A DNA stretch of 64,000 nt from an uncultured virus (IMG/VR IMGVR_UViG_3300033074_001078) (taxonomy: Duplodnaviria; Heunggongvirae; Uroviricota; Caudoviricetes), in IMG/VR virus record IMGVR_UViG_3300033074_001078; one strand, written 5' to 3'. A program made the position numbers and the translations under genes. Of the stretch, positions 17,977 through 26,797 are shown one piece after another (within the stretch, counting starts at the first letter, position 1; each line of letters starts with the position of its first letter). A model generated the notes under the pieces. That model was given only the letters and a program-made list of their open reading frames with translations, had not been told where the DNA came from and did not search any database.

Positions 17977-19719
17977 TCAGCCACATTCGCGACGACCAGT
18001 CGCCAAATCCAAGCGACACGTTGCTTCAGGCTCTTCGACGGACGGCTGTGGTTGCGCGACCATGATACCCATCCGTTTCCCGCCGACGTTGAACGTGGTG
18101 CAGCCTTTAGCGCCACCTTCCCACGCCTTGACGTAGATGTTTTTGAAGTCGCCCCATTCCGTGTTCGCCGGTACGTTGCACGTCTTGCTCACGGCGCTGT
18201 CAACCTGACGGGATGCCGCAATAAGCGTTTGAACATGCTCATCGACGGTGACTTCATCGGCCGTCTTGCCCTTGTGACCAAACACGCGCACGCCATAGTC
18301 ATCTATGACTTCGACGCGTTGACCTTCGATCATGTTCACCGTGCGCTTTATGGAGTGCGAAAAGACTGGTTCAATGCCGCTGCTCACGTTGTCGGCGCTC
18401 AAGCTGATTGTGCCGGTTGGCGCAATCGACGTGAGGTGAGAATTGCGGATGCCATGTTTGGCAATCAACGCCAGCGTTTCGTCGTCACCTTCAAGCCCGA
18501 AGGTGTTGAGAAGGAACTGACTTTGAAGGTACTGTGACGGCGCGAAAAGCGGGAACGCGCCCTTTTCCTTGGCCAGCAACGCCGACGCCCTGTATGACTC
18601 GCGGCGCAACGTTGACAGCACCTCTTGCTCAAAGCGCAAGAAGGCCGGTGAGCCGTATGCCATACCAAGCGCCTCAGCCGTGTTGGCGAGGCCAGTGATG
18701 CCGAGTCCCATGCGGCGCTTGTTCTTTGCTTCCAGCTCTTGGGCTGGCAATGGGTAGATCGTGCGATCGACGACGTTGTCCATTGAACGCACCACATGCG
18801 GGATATCGTGGCGGAACTGGTCCCAATCGAAACTCCACGCAACGTCGCCAACAGCGCGCACCGTTTTCGGGTGCATGTACTTTGTCAGGTTGAAGGAGCC
18901 CAACAGACACGCGCCGTAAGGCGGCAACGGCTGCTCGCCGCATGGGTTGGTCGCCGCAATGGTTTCACAATACCAAAGATTGTTCATACCGTTGATGCGG
19001 TCGATGAAGATGACTCCAGGCTCAGCCCAATCCCAGGTTGAGTGCATGATCTGTTCCCAGAGTGCAGCAGCGTCGATCGTCTGGTAAACTTCGCCGCCCC
19101 AACGCAGATCAAACGATTTGTTGCCAGCAACCGCTTCCATAAACTCATCGGTGACAGCCAATGAGATGTTGAAGCCGGTCAGCGTGTGGATATCATTCTT
19201 GGCGCGGATGAACTCTTCGACGTCTGGGTGATCAACGCGCAGAATCCCCATCTGTGCGCCGCGCCGGTGTCCTGCACTGGCGACGCACTTACACACGGCA
19301 TCGAAGATACCCATGAAGGCAATGGGGCCTGATGATTTGGAGCCGAGGGAGCGGATAACAGCGCCGCTAGGGCGGAGCGTACTGAAGTCGTAACCAATGC
19401 CACCGCCGAGGCGCATCGTGCTTGCTGCTTCAGCAGCGCGCTCCATAATGTTGCCGTCGCCTTGCGTGAAGCTGTCTTCGATGGTCCCGCTGACGAAACA
19501 GTTATACGCGGTCGTTCGGCGCGGCGATCCCATCGCATTCTGCACCCGACCGCCTGGAAGGAAGCGTTGCGCGCCGATGATGTCGCGAAACGCATGGAAG
19601 TGATCGTTACTGTCTTGGAGCGCACCAGCTATTCGGTTCATCGACTCCCTAAATGTTTCCGATACGAGGCGGTACTTCTGCTGATGGATTTCATCGCTGA
19701 AGTCTAGTGCTGGTCCCAT
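17977..19719 (-). CDS. nrdJ: class II (B12-dependent) ribonucleotide reductase
   Basis: PGGRV, NCFV, RRGAQM, TNPCGEQPL, SIAPTGTIS; no small subunit in the window. Confidence 0.88.
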   Translation of the reverse strand: MGPALDFSDEIHQQKYRLVSETFRESMNRIAGALQDSNDHFHAFRDIIGAQRFLPGGRVQNAMGSPRRTTAYNCFVSGTIEDSFTQGDGNIMERAAEAASTMRLGGGIGYDFSTLRPSGAVIRSLGSKSSGPIAFMGIFDAVCKCVASAGHRRGAQMGILRVDHPDVEEFIRAKNDIHTLTGFNISLAVTDEFMEAVAGNKSFDLRWGGEVYQTIDAAALWEQIMHSTWDWAEPGVIFIDRINGMNNLWYCETIAATNPCGEQPLPPYGACLLGSFNLTKYMHPKTVRAVGDVAWSFDWDQFRHDIPHVVRSMDNVVDRTIYPLPAQELEAKNKRRMGLGITGLANTAEALGMAYGSPAFLRFEQEVLSTLRRESYRASALLAKEKGAFPLFAPSQYLQSQFLLNTFGLEGDDETLALIAKHGIRNSHLTSIAPTGTISLSADNVSSGIEPVFSHSIKRTVNMIEGQRVEVIDDYGVRVFGHKGKTADEVTVDEHVQTLIAASRQVDSAVSKTCNVPANTEWGDFKNIYVKAWEGGAKGCTTFNVGGKRMGIMVAQPQPSVEEPEATCRLDLATGRRECG

Positions 19720-19814
19720 GACAGAGTGTTCCTTTGAATGAAGAATAACCGACAGTTCGATGCCGGAAAGGGATCAGGCTATGCTGCTAAGGTGAAATCG
19801 AGCCATCACTAACT

Positions 19815-21026
19815 TCAGCGTACGATTGTCACTTTTTCTGCCGCGCGGGTTATCGCAGTGTAAAGCCACCGTTGAGCGTCGGCGCGGAAGACGTGGCTCT
19901 CGTCGAAGATGAGCACGTCATTCCACTGACTGCCCTGTGACTTGTGACATGTGAGTGCGTAACCGTAGTCGAATTCTTGCAGACCGTCCATGTCATAGAA
20001 GCTAGGCTTCTCCAGTCCCATGAAATGGTTCATCACGCTTTCGACCATGATTGCAGGGCCGTCTTCATCCATCGACTTGATCTTGAGCGTGGTGGATTCT
20101 TCCTCCGTTGAGTAGGTTGATGACTCTTCGACGGTCCAAAGTGTTCCGTTGAGGACGCCTAGCTTGTGGTCGTTACGCAGACAGACGACCTTGTCATTGG
20201 GCATGGGTAAGATCTCGTTGAAGCCCTTCAACGTGCGAAGCCGTTGGTTATACATGGCGCGCGTCTTGTTCTTGCCGACGATGATCTGCTCAGCCACCAG
20301 CACTTCATCGCGCTCAAGCATGACCCTGTTGATGACCTTGCTTGTGCCGAGGTTGCCCATTGGAAGCCGCGTACCTTCGCGCACGGCTGTCGCAAGGTGC
20401 AGCACCGGCGATTCAGCGGCTTGCCTATGCACTTCGGTCAGCATGATGTCGGGGTCAGCGTTGGTGAAGAAGCCGCCACCATAGACGGGCGGCAATTGAG
20501 CGGGGTCGCCTAGCACCAGCACGGGAACGCCAAACGAAAGCAGGTCTTGGCCGACACGCCCATCAACCATTGAGCATTCGTCGATGATGACGAGCCGTGC
20601 GCCAACGAGTTCAGCTTCTTCGTTCAGCGCGAACGCGGGTTGCGCCGCGTCTTTGATAGCCTTGTCCAGCTTGCGTTTGATTTCCGCTTCTGCGGCGTCA
20701 CGCTTGGGTGTTTGCGGTTCCAGCAACAGCTTACCAAGCGCGGCTTCAAGCTCACGCACCAGCATCAGGTTCCTGCCCTTGGGCTTGTAGATCATCGAGT
20801 GAATTGTGGAGGCGTTGCCGCAGCCCTTGGCGCGAAGCACGCTTGCCGCCTTGCCAGTGTACGCGCCGAAATGAACACGCCCACCGGCCTCGCCTGCGAT
20901 TTCCTTGGCCATCGTTGTCTTGCCAGTGCCAGCAAACCCAAAGAGGCGGAACACTTGCGGGCGACCGGGGTCGCTAAGCCAATTCTTCACGGCTAACAGC
21001 GCCGCGTCTTGTTGGGGAGACCACAT
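19815..21026 (-). CDS. SF1B (Dda/RecD-like) helicase
   Basis: GFAGTGKTT, IDECSM, GDPAQLPPV and YALTCHKSQGS. Confidence 0.9.
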   Translation of the reverse strand: MWSPQQDAALLAVKNWLSDPGRPQVFRLFGFAGTGKTTMAKEIAGEAGGRVHFGAYTGKAASVLRAKGCGNASTIHSMIYKPKGRNLMLVRELEAALGKLLLEPQTPKRDAAEAEIKRKLDKAIKDAAQPAFALNEEAELVGARLVIIDECSMVDGRVGQDLLSFGVPVLVLGDPAQLPPVYGGGFFTNADPDIMLTEVHRQAAESPVLHLATAVREGTRLPMGNLGTSKVINRVMLERDEVLVAEQIIVGKNKTRAMYNQRLRTLKGFNEILPMPNDKVVCLRNDHKLGVLNGTLWTVEESSTYSTEEESTTLKIKSMDEDGPAIMVESVMNHFMGLEKPSFYDMDGLQEFDYGYALTCHKSQGSQWNDVLIFDESHVFRADAQRWLYTAITRAAEKVTIVR

Positions 21027-21048
21027 GAGCTGACTTTCGGTGGAAGGT

Positions 21049-21080
21049 AAAAAGGCGGGTTGAACAAGCCAACCCGCCTT
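21049..21080 (-). terminator. rho-independent terminator
   Basis: AAGGCGGGTT/AACCCGCCTT stem followed by a T-tract. Confidence 0.75.
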
Positions 21081-21106
21081 CACACATGAGTTGAACGTGC
21101 AGCGGC

Positions 21107-21988
21107 TTAGAACGGAATGTTGTCGGCCGTGTCTTCGTCGCCGGCTCCGTCAACCTCATCACCGACGATGCGGATCTTGGCGAGGTTCGCGCCGAACAGA
21201 TTGTCATGGTAGTCGCGGCCCTGCTTGATCCAAGGGTCGTTGCCCTTGAACATGCTGGATTCACGGTCGCCGTTGAACGGTTCGAGCTCGAAGTTATAGT
21301 AGTCGCCCTTCTTGCCGGTTTCACTGACTGACTTGAGCGTCAGCCGGTGCGCCCATAGCGGGATCCGGTCGGAGCCGATGCGTGTGCCATCTGGAAGCTT
21401 GATGCTGAACAGCTTGAGCGCCATCAGCAGATTCTTCAGCTTCTTGATCTTCGACGATGTGAAGCGCACAACGCACGGCTCAGCCGGTTCGCCGTCGCGG
21501 AGAATAGCGCCATACAGGTTCTTCGTTTGAACGAGTTCGTTGCCATCCTTCGTCACCAGCTTGCCGAACGTCTTGCCGCCATTTTCTTTCCGCACTTGTG
21601 CGACGTACGGATCTTCCGGCCGGTAACGAGCAACGATGCCGCCGCCCTTTTCCCGCGGAACCCATTCAACAAACTCGGTGTCGATGCTGATGGGGACATA
21701 GCCGATACCTTCGCGGCCATCGATCAGTTCGCCGGTGATCGTGTGGAACAACATGCCAGGGCGAGCGCCTTCGACACCACCGTCACCAATAGGCTTGGCG
21801 ACTTGCGGGCTGAGCGCCTGCAAGACGAGCAGCGTCGGAATGACGATGTCGTCGCTTGTCATGTTTTCAAAGCCGCCGCCACCGCCGAACTCATAATCAC
21901 CGGCGTCGGCGACCTGTGTGTTCTTGGGCGTGGCAACCGCTTTCGATGCAGTCTTAGCCGTGTTGCCTGCGTTCTTCTTTGTTGTCAT
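21107..21988 (-). CDS. putative ssDNA-binding protein
   Basis: acidic tail ending DEDTADNIPF; position in the replication block. Confidence 0.6.
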   Translation of the reverse strand: MTTKKNAGNTAKTASKAVATPKNTQVADAGDYEFGGGGGFENMTSDDIVIPTLLVLQALSPQVAKPIGDGGVEGARPGMLFHTITGELIDGREGIGYVPISIDTEFVEWVPREKGGGIVARYRPEDPYVAQVRKENGGKTFGKLVTKDGNELVQTKNLYGAILRDGEPAEPCVVRFTSSKIKKLKNLLMALKLFSIKLPDGTRIGSDRIPLWAHRLTLKSVSETGKKGDYYNFELEPFNGDRESSMFKGNDPWIKQGRDYHDNLFGANLAKIRIVGDEVDGAGDEDTADNIPF

Positions 21989-22048
21989 TGTTCTAGCCTT
22001 CTATCGTTCAAGCGTTACAGTGTTAGAGGGTTGAGCACCCTTGGGCTA

Positions 22049-22618
22049 TCAGTCGTCCACCAAAGCACGCTTTCGCGATTGCTTAACATAGGCGACCTGA
22101 TTCCATGAGGCATTGAAGGTTTCCAGCGGAACCTTAGCGCCCTTTTTGAGTTCGTCCTTCAACAGCGCCTGGAGCGTGTTGGTATTGACCACCTGCTTTT
22201 CCTCAGGCTCGTAACCCAAGGCGCGCACGCGCTCCATTGCCAGCATGGCGGCGCCGACGTTGCCCTTGGTGAACTTGAGTTTGAGTTCGGTGGACACGAT
22301 GTCGATGTGACCATTGGCTTTGAGCCATTCCATCGCCTCGTCGTAGTTCTCATCGGTGATGCGTGCGAAAACCACGTCTTTCAAGCCAACGGTTTGACCG
22401 TCGCTGGTCTTGAAGCTGTCAATGCCAGCCTTGTCCAGCAATGCCGGGATCACCGTGATTGTGATAGCGTCAAGCGCGCGCTTGGTTGCCTTGGCTTCTT
22501 CTTCGAGCTTGACTGCGTGCGCTTGGAGCTCCAGCATCTCGGCAACGGCTGCTCGCAGCCGCGTAAGTAAGTCACCAGTCGGTTCGGTTGGTTCACCATA
22601 GTTATATTCGTCTGTCAT
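22049..22618 (-). CDS. conserved phage replication-region protein
   Basis: coiled-coil N-terminus; AMEWLKANGHIDIV...NTLQALLK. Confidence 0.6.
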   Translation of the reverse strand: MTDEYNYGEPTEPTGDLLTRLRAAVAEMLELQAHAVKLEEEAKATKRALDAITITVIPALLDKAGIDSFKTSDGQTVGLKDVVFARITDENYDEAMEWLKANGHIDIVSTELKLKFTKGNVGAAMLAMERVRALGYEPEEKQVVNTNTLQALLKDELKKGAKVPLETFNASWNQVAYVKQSRKRALVDD

Positions 22619-22896
22619 AGTTCGGCCTTCCTTCCAGCGCCATTGTTAAGCGGGTTTGTGAACTCTAGCAAGCGACGCGTTGATACGACCGTGCAACGCG
22701 CCATGATTTCCTTTGATCGACGCACCGGGATGTCGTAGTGCGGATGTCTTCCAGCGTGGAACCAATGGCGCTTCAAGCCAAGGTCTGCGGCCATCAGGTG
22801 CAGATTTTCAATTGAGTACGGCGCGCACACTAGATGCCGCGCCGTATCGCAATAGTAGGTGAGCTTCACAGGATCAAAGGCTGCGTCGTAAGCCAA
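22615..22896 (-). CDS. DUF4031-like protein
   Basis: LHLMAADLGLKRHWFH...HPHYDI. Confidence 0.6.
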   Translation of the reverse strand: MAYDAAFDPVKLTYYCDTARHLVCAPYSIENLHLMAADLGLKRHWFHAGRHPHYDIPVRRSKEIMARCTVVSTRRLLEFTNPLNNGAGRKAEL

Positions 22897-24344
22897 GCCT
22901 TGAGCTCAGCGCCAAGCACGCGCGCTGATACTTCCTTCTTGGCCAGCAGATTCGCCGTGATGTGTGCGTCAATGGTGTCTTCGGCTTCCATATCAACATA
23001 CACCACCGGCTCTTCGGACATGCCGCCCCGGTGCGCGCGGTCTTCCGATTGCAGGCGCTCCCCGAGTTTGAACGCCTGTGAGTAGTAGATAACCAGCTTC
23101 GCGGCGTGCAAGGTAAGCCCTTCGCCAGCGGTTGCAGCATTAGCAATGAAGAAGCGCGCTGTACCGTTTTGGAAGCGCTCAACCGCGACTTCGCGTTGGG
23201 CTTCCTTGGTTGAGCCGTCCATCCGCACCACTGCGTCAGCGCCGTAAACGTCCGTCAGCGCCTTTTCAAGCTGGTCGATGTCCGAGCGGAAGCGCGCCCA
23301 AATGATAGCCTTGCCGTCGTAGTCTTCAACCAGCTCAAGCAGCGTTTGCAGGCGCTGATTCTCAGTGTCGATCTGCACCATTTCGGTTTCACCGTCTTCG
23401 GTGGCGACCGGTAGATAGCCGCAAGCAATCTGCTGAAGCCGCAGCATCCGCACTATGGCCAGCTCAGCAGTGACGGCTTCCGTTTCCTTGGACATCTGCA
23501 CCGCGAAGTCGTTTTTCATTTGCTCGTAGAAGGCGGCTTGCTTGGCCGACATCGCAAAGATCTGGCGCTTGTAGATCTTAGGCGGCAAGTCCAGCGCATC
23601 CTTCTTTTCAACGCGCGTGGCGATTTCGGCTAACCATGTTTGCAGCGTGTCGAGGTCGCGATACTGCACGAGCTCTTGGAAGCTGCGACCGCCTGCCAAC
23701 ATGCGTTGACGCCACACGCCAAAGCGGTTGCGAAAGGCGAAATAGGAGCCGATGCCCTTGCTCTTCCAAAAGCCATCATCAGCAAACATGACTTGAGTGT
23801 AAACGTCGAAGGGCTTGCTTGTGATAGGCGTACCGCTCAGCGGGCGGCGCTGGTAGGCCAGCTTCGACGCCTTGAGCATGGTCTTGGTGCGAAGCGCCTT
23901 TGGGTTCTTAATGCGCGCCGACTCGTCGGCAATGAACATGCAGGGGCGCTCAACCAACAGCGCCTTCACCAGCTCAGCGCCGTCCTTGGTAAGCAGTGCG
24001 TCATACGAAATGGCCAGCACCACCGGCCCTTCGGCCTTCAACAGCTTCGCAACGCTTTCCTTGTGGTCCTTGCGCCCTTTGCGCGCCGTGCTCCATGCGT
24101 GCATTGTAAGACCCGCCAGGATCGGCGCTGGAATGTGCTTGGGCGCTTCCACCTTGATCCAGTTCCGTTCAACGTTGGGTGGTGCAACCACTACCAAGCC
24201 AGTGACCGCACCGGCTTGGAGCTGCTGAACAAAGGTGTCGAGCACGATCTTGGTCTTGCCAGTTCCTTGTTCCCAGAAAATGCAGCGGCCTTCCGTTGCG
24301 GCGTGCTGCTCAAGTTCAATCTGTTGGTGAAGCCAGGGTTTCAT
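22866..24344 (-). CDS. SNF2-family helicase
   Basis: EQGTGKT, ADES, SGTP, GEGLTL and QSEDRAHR. Confidence 0.9.
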   Translation of the reverse strand: MKPWLHQQIELEQHAATEGRCIFWEQGTGKTKIVLDTFVQQLQAGAVTGLVVVAPPNVERNWIKVEAPKHIPAPILAGLTMHAWSTARKGRKDHKESVAKLLKAEGPVVLAISYDALLTKDGAELVKALLVERPCMFIADESARIKNPKALRTKTMLKASKLAYQRRPLSGTPITSKPFDVYTQVMFADDGFWKSKGIGSYFAFRNRFGVWRQRMLAGGRSFQELVQYRDLDTLQTWLAEIATRVEKKDALDLPPKIYKRQIFAMSAKQAAFYEQMKNDFAVQMSKETEAVTAELAIVRMLRLQQIACGYLPVATEDGETEMVQIDTENQRLQTLLELVEDYDGKAIIWARFRSDIDQLEKALTDVYGADAVVRMDGSTKEAQREVAVERFQNGTARFFIANAATAGEGLTLHAAKLVIYYSQAFKLGERLQSEDRAHRGGMSEEPVVYVDMEAEDTIDAHITANLLAKKEVSARVLGAELKAWLTTQPLIL

Positions 24345-24387
24345 CGGTGTCGGTCCTAAAGGGTGTGTTCACTGCGTTGCCTTGGGT

Positions 24388-25092
24388 TCAACCCCAAGGC
24401 AAGCCATAGTTCTTCGCGCACGTTGGGCCGTAGCCTGCGGCGCGGCTGCGTGGATCGGTGAGCTCGGTGGCGCAGAAGCAACACTCTTTAGTTTCGAGGC
24501 CATAGGCGCGCGCATAAGCAAGCGGGTCAGCAGCAATGGTTTCCAGCACGCCTTGCAGCGCTGGCAATGCAGCCGTCGCACTGTTGCCACGCAGACGGCC
24601 ATCACGTCCCACCGTACCATAGAAGCGGCGTGAGTTGAAGCCGCCGCGTGCGCTGGTAACGCTTATCGCTCCCGGCTCGCGGGCTTGCACGCCGGTCCGC
24701 GTTAGCTTCAGGTCGCGCCCGTCGCAGCTGAAAACAAGCGTTGGGAACTGCATACGTTGCGCGGCCTTGTCGAACAGTTCGATCAGCGGCAACAGAGTCG
24801 CCGGTGCTGGTGCTGGCGCGGCCTTTGGTGCTGCGGCTTGCGCCGTCACTTGGGCTTCAGCGCGCTTGGCCAGCTCATCGATCCAATACCATTGCTTCAC
24901 GCTTAGGGTGTGGCGGTCTTGGTACTGCTCAAGCAGGCTGGCCGCAAAGCTCAAGTCGCCGTTGCGTAGCTGCCCAAGGAGGCCGCGCAAGCGGTCGGCA
25001 CGCGCGCGGTCAGCAGCAACACCGGGGTCAGCCGCCGCTGGCGCTGGTGCAGTGCGCCACTTGGGGGCAACATTATCAAAGGTCGTAACCAT
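24388..25092 (-). CDS. DUF6011 zinc-finger domain early protein
   Basis: CCFCATELTDPRSRAAGYGPTCA. Confidence 0.75.
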   Translation of the reverse strand: MVTTFDNVAPKWRTAPAPAAADPGVAADRARADRLRGLLGQLRNGDLSFAASLLEQYQDRHTLSVKQWYWIDELAKRAEAQVTAQAAAPKAAPAPAPATLLPLIELFDKAAQRMQFPTLVFSCDGRDLKLTRTGVQAREPGAISVTSARGGFNSRRFYGTVGRDGRLRGNSATAALPALQGVLETIAADPLAYARAYGLETKECCFCATELTDPRSRAAGYGPTCAKNYGLPWG

Positions 25093-25138
25093 ATCCAGGT
25101 CCTTCTTACTAGAACCCCGTCCGGGGCTGCGTTGGCAT

Positions 25139-25167
25139 TATGTAAATCCCGGTTGCGCCAATGTAAA
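25139..25167 (-). promoter_or_regulatory. sigma70-type promoter P3
   Basis: TTTACA-17 nt-TACATA; same TTTACATTGGCGCA as P1 and P2. Confidence 0.65.
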
Positions 25168-25236
25168 GGGCCGGGGCTGAAAAAGGTCGGCGCGGCGGTT
25201 TGCCAGCGCCAACCGAGGCCAAAGGGCCAAACGCGG

Positions 25237-25256
25237 CTCGCCAGGATCGCTCAGGG
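25237..25256 (+). repeat. dispersed 20-bp element, copy B
   Basis: exact CTCGCCAGGATCGCTCAGGG. Confidence 0.95.
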
Positions 25257-25322
25257 CGGTCGTTTAGGGTATGGTCAAGGCGGTTGCACCACGGCCGGAA
25301 GCCGAGCGCCAGCGGGTCGCCC

Positions 25323-25919
25323 TTAGTCGGACGGGACCGGGGCGTTGGTGTCGGTTTCCTCGATGCGCGCCAACCAGCCTATGAGCTTGCCGTCGGTGCG
25401 GCGCATGGGGCTCGCAACGCAGAAAACCTTGTGACATGTTCCGTCGGGGCGCTGCACACGGTAGCGGGCTTCAAAGCCGCGCTCTTCCTCAACCGCGCGC
25501 TTCCACTCAGTCACAATCTTTTCGCGGTCATCGGGGTGGATCGTGATAATCCAACCGTTACCGGTCAAGTCGAATATCTGCCTATCGACCATCCGCAGAT
25601 AGGCGCGATTCGCACGAATGAGCTCACCGCTGGTGTTCTTCTCAACGATTGCCGTGCGAACCGTGTCGAGCGAGCTCCATTGGCGTGCTGTTAGGTGCTC
25701 CATCGTGTTCGTAAACTCGATCATCGTGTTGTTGATGATCTGAACATCGGACACTAGATTGTCCATGCTGCTGAGCGTGGTTCGCGTTTTCTCAACGAGG
25801 GGCTTGAACACCTTGGTCCACACACGCCAAAGCGCCGCAGCAATAACGCTGACCGCAGCGATAAAGCCTGCCCACCACTCGACGATGCCGAGGATGACTT
25901 CGTTGGTGAAGAGGTCCAC
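25323..25919 (-). CDS. N-terminal TM plus PAS/PAC domain protein
   Basis: TM about aa 9-33; ANRAY...GNGW...IHPDDRE...YRVQRPDG...DGKLIGW. Confidence 0.8.
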   Translation of the reverse strand: MDLFTNEVILGIVEWWAGFIAAVSVIAAALWRVWTKVFKPLVEKTRTTLSSMDNLVSDVQIINNTMIEFTNTMEHLTARQWSSLDTVRTAIVEKNTSGELIRANRAYLRMVDRQIFDLTGNGWIITIHPDDREKIVTEWKRAVEEERGFEARYRVQRPDGTCHKVFCVASPMRRTDGKLIGWLARIEETDTNAPVPSD

Positions 25920-25921
25920 TG

Positions 25922-26173
25922 TTACTTCAGGCTGATGCGTGAAGAGGCTTTGAACCGCCCGTAAATGGTGGTCACGCCACCGAACACACCGATCATCGAC
26001 ACGATGACCATCGGCGCTTCGGAATTGAGGATATCAGCTTGCTCGGTTGTCAACCAACCAGCGACTGAACCAACGCCCGAAAGCACGGACATCAAGCCGC
26101 CCCAAAGAGCAACGCTCTCCCAAGGCTTTTTCACCTGAGCCGGCGAAGGAGCTGGCGTTTGCGTGTCTGTCAT
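25922..26173 (-). CDS. holin-like 2-TM protein
   Basis: KKPWESVALWG...TIYGRFKA; two hydrophobic helices and a basic C-terminus. Confidence 0.6.
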   Translation of the reverse strand: MTDTQTPAPSPAQVKKPWESVALWGGLMSVLSGVGSVAGWLTTEQADILNSEAPMVIVSMIGVFGGVTTIYGRFKASSRISLK

Positions 26174-26232
26174 CTGAACCTCCAGTATCGTTTATCTAGG
26201 GTCAGCCTTAAACCTTGACCAGCGCCTAGTTT

Positions 26233-26478
26233 CTAGGTGAAGACGTGCGCGACCCATTCTTCTATCGTGTACCGAACTTGATAGGCGCTGTTCTGGTCAC
26301 TGATCGTCAACGTTCTAAAGGGAGCGCTGCCACCCTTGGCTATGATTTGACCGGTGAAGTTATGCGAGCGCCACAAATTATATCGTCGGTCGCCGAAACC
26401 GTTCGGCGGCTCAGGCGAGCCGTCACTAACCGTGACGGTCGTTCCGAGTTCCAGCGCGAAGGCTTCTTCGAAGGTCAT
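26233..26478 (-). CDS. hypothetical protein (possible tail-fibre accessory)
   Basis: 81-aa ORF with ATGA overlap. Confidence 0.5.
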   Translation of the reverse strand: MTFEEAFALELGTTVTVSDGSPEPPNGFGDRRYNLWRSHNFTGQIIAKGGSAPFRTLTISDQNSAYQVRYTIEEWVAHVFT

Positions 26479-26795
26479 ATAATCAGTCCGTTCGTGGTTC
26501 CTGTGTTAGTGACGGTGACTGTATGCCCATTCTTTCGGATGCAATAGCCCGCGACGCCTTGTGAGCCGCCAGCCGTGACATCAGCCGTTCCTGCAACGCC
26601 GTTCGCGCCATAGCCGCCGCCAGCACCGCCGTCACCTGGAGTCGTCCCATTGCCGCCAGCACCGCCGCCGCTGGTAGTCCCATCAGCGCCGTCAACCGGT
26701 GCGCCAGAGGTTGGCGTGCCAGTTCCCTTCAAGCCTTTCGGCCCATTCGGTGCGCCGCCGCCGCCGCCTGATCCTGGTCTATACGTTATCGTCAT
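26475..26795 (-). CDS. Gly-rich ORF, apparent continuation of the tail-tip C-terminal domain
   Basis: starts 2 nt after the upstream stop and continues its Gly-rich pattern. Confidence 0.55.
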   Translation of the reverse strand: MTITYRPGSGGGGGAPNGPKGLKGTGTPTSGAPVDGADGTTSGGGAGGNGTTPGDGGAGGGYGANGVAGTADVTAGGSQGVAGYCIRKNGHTVTVTNTGTTNGLII

Positions 26796-26797
26796 GG

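Noticed and set aside
19720..19814. cobalamin riboswitch upstream of nrdJ
   Set aside because: the gap is under 100 nt and no B12 box was recognised
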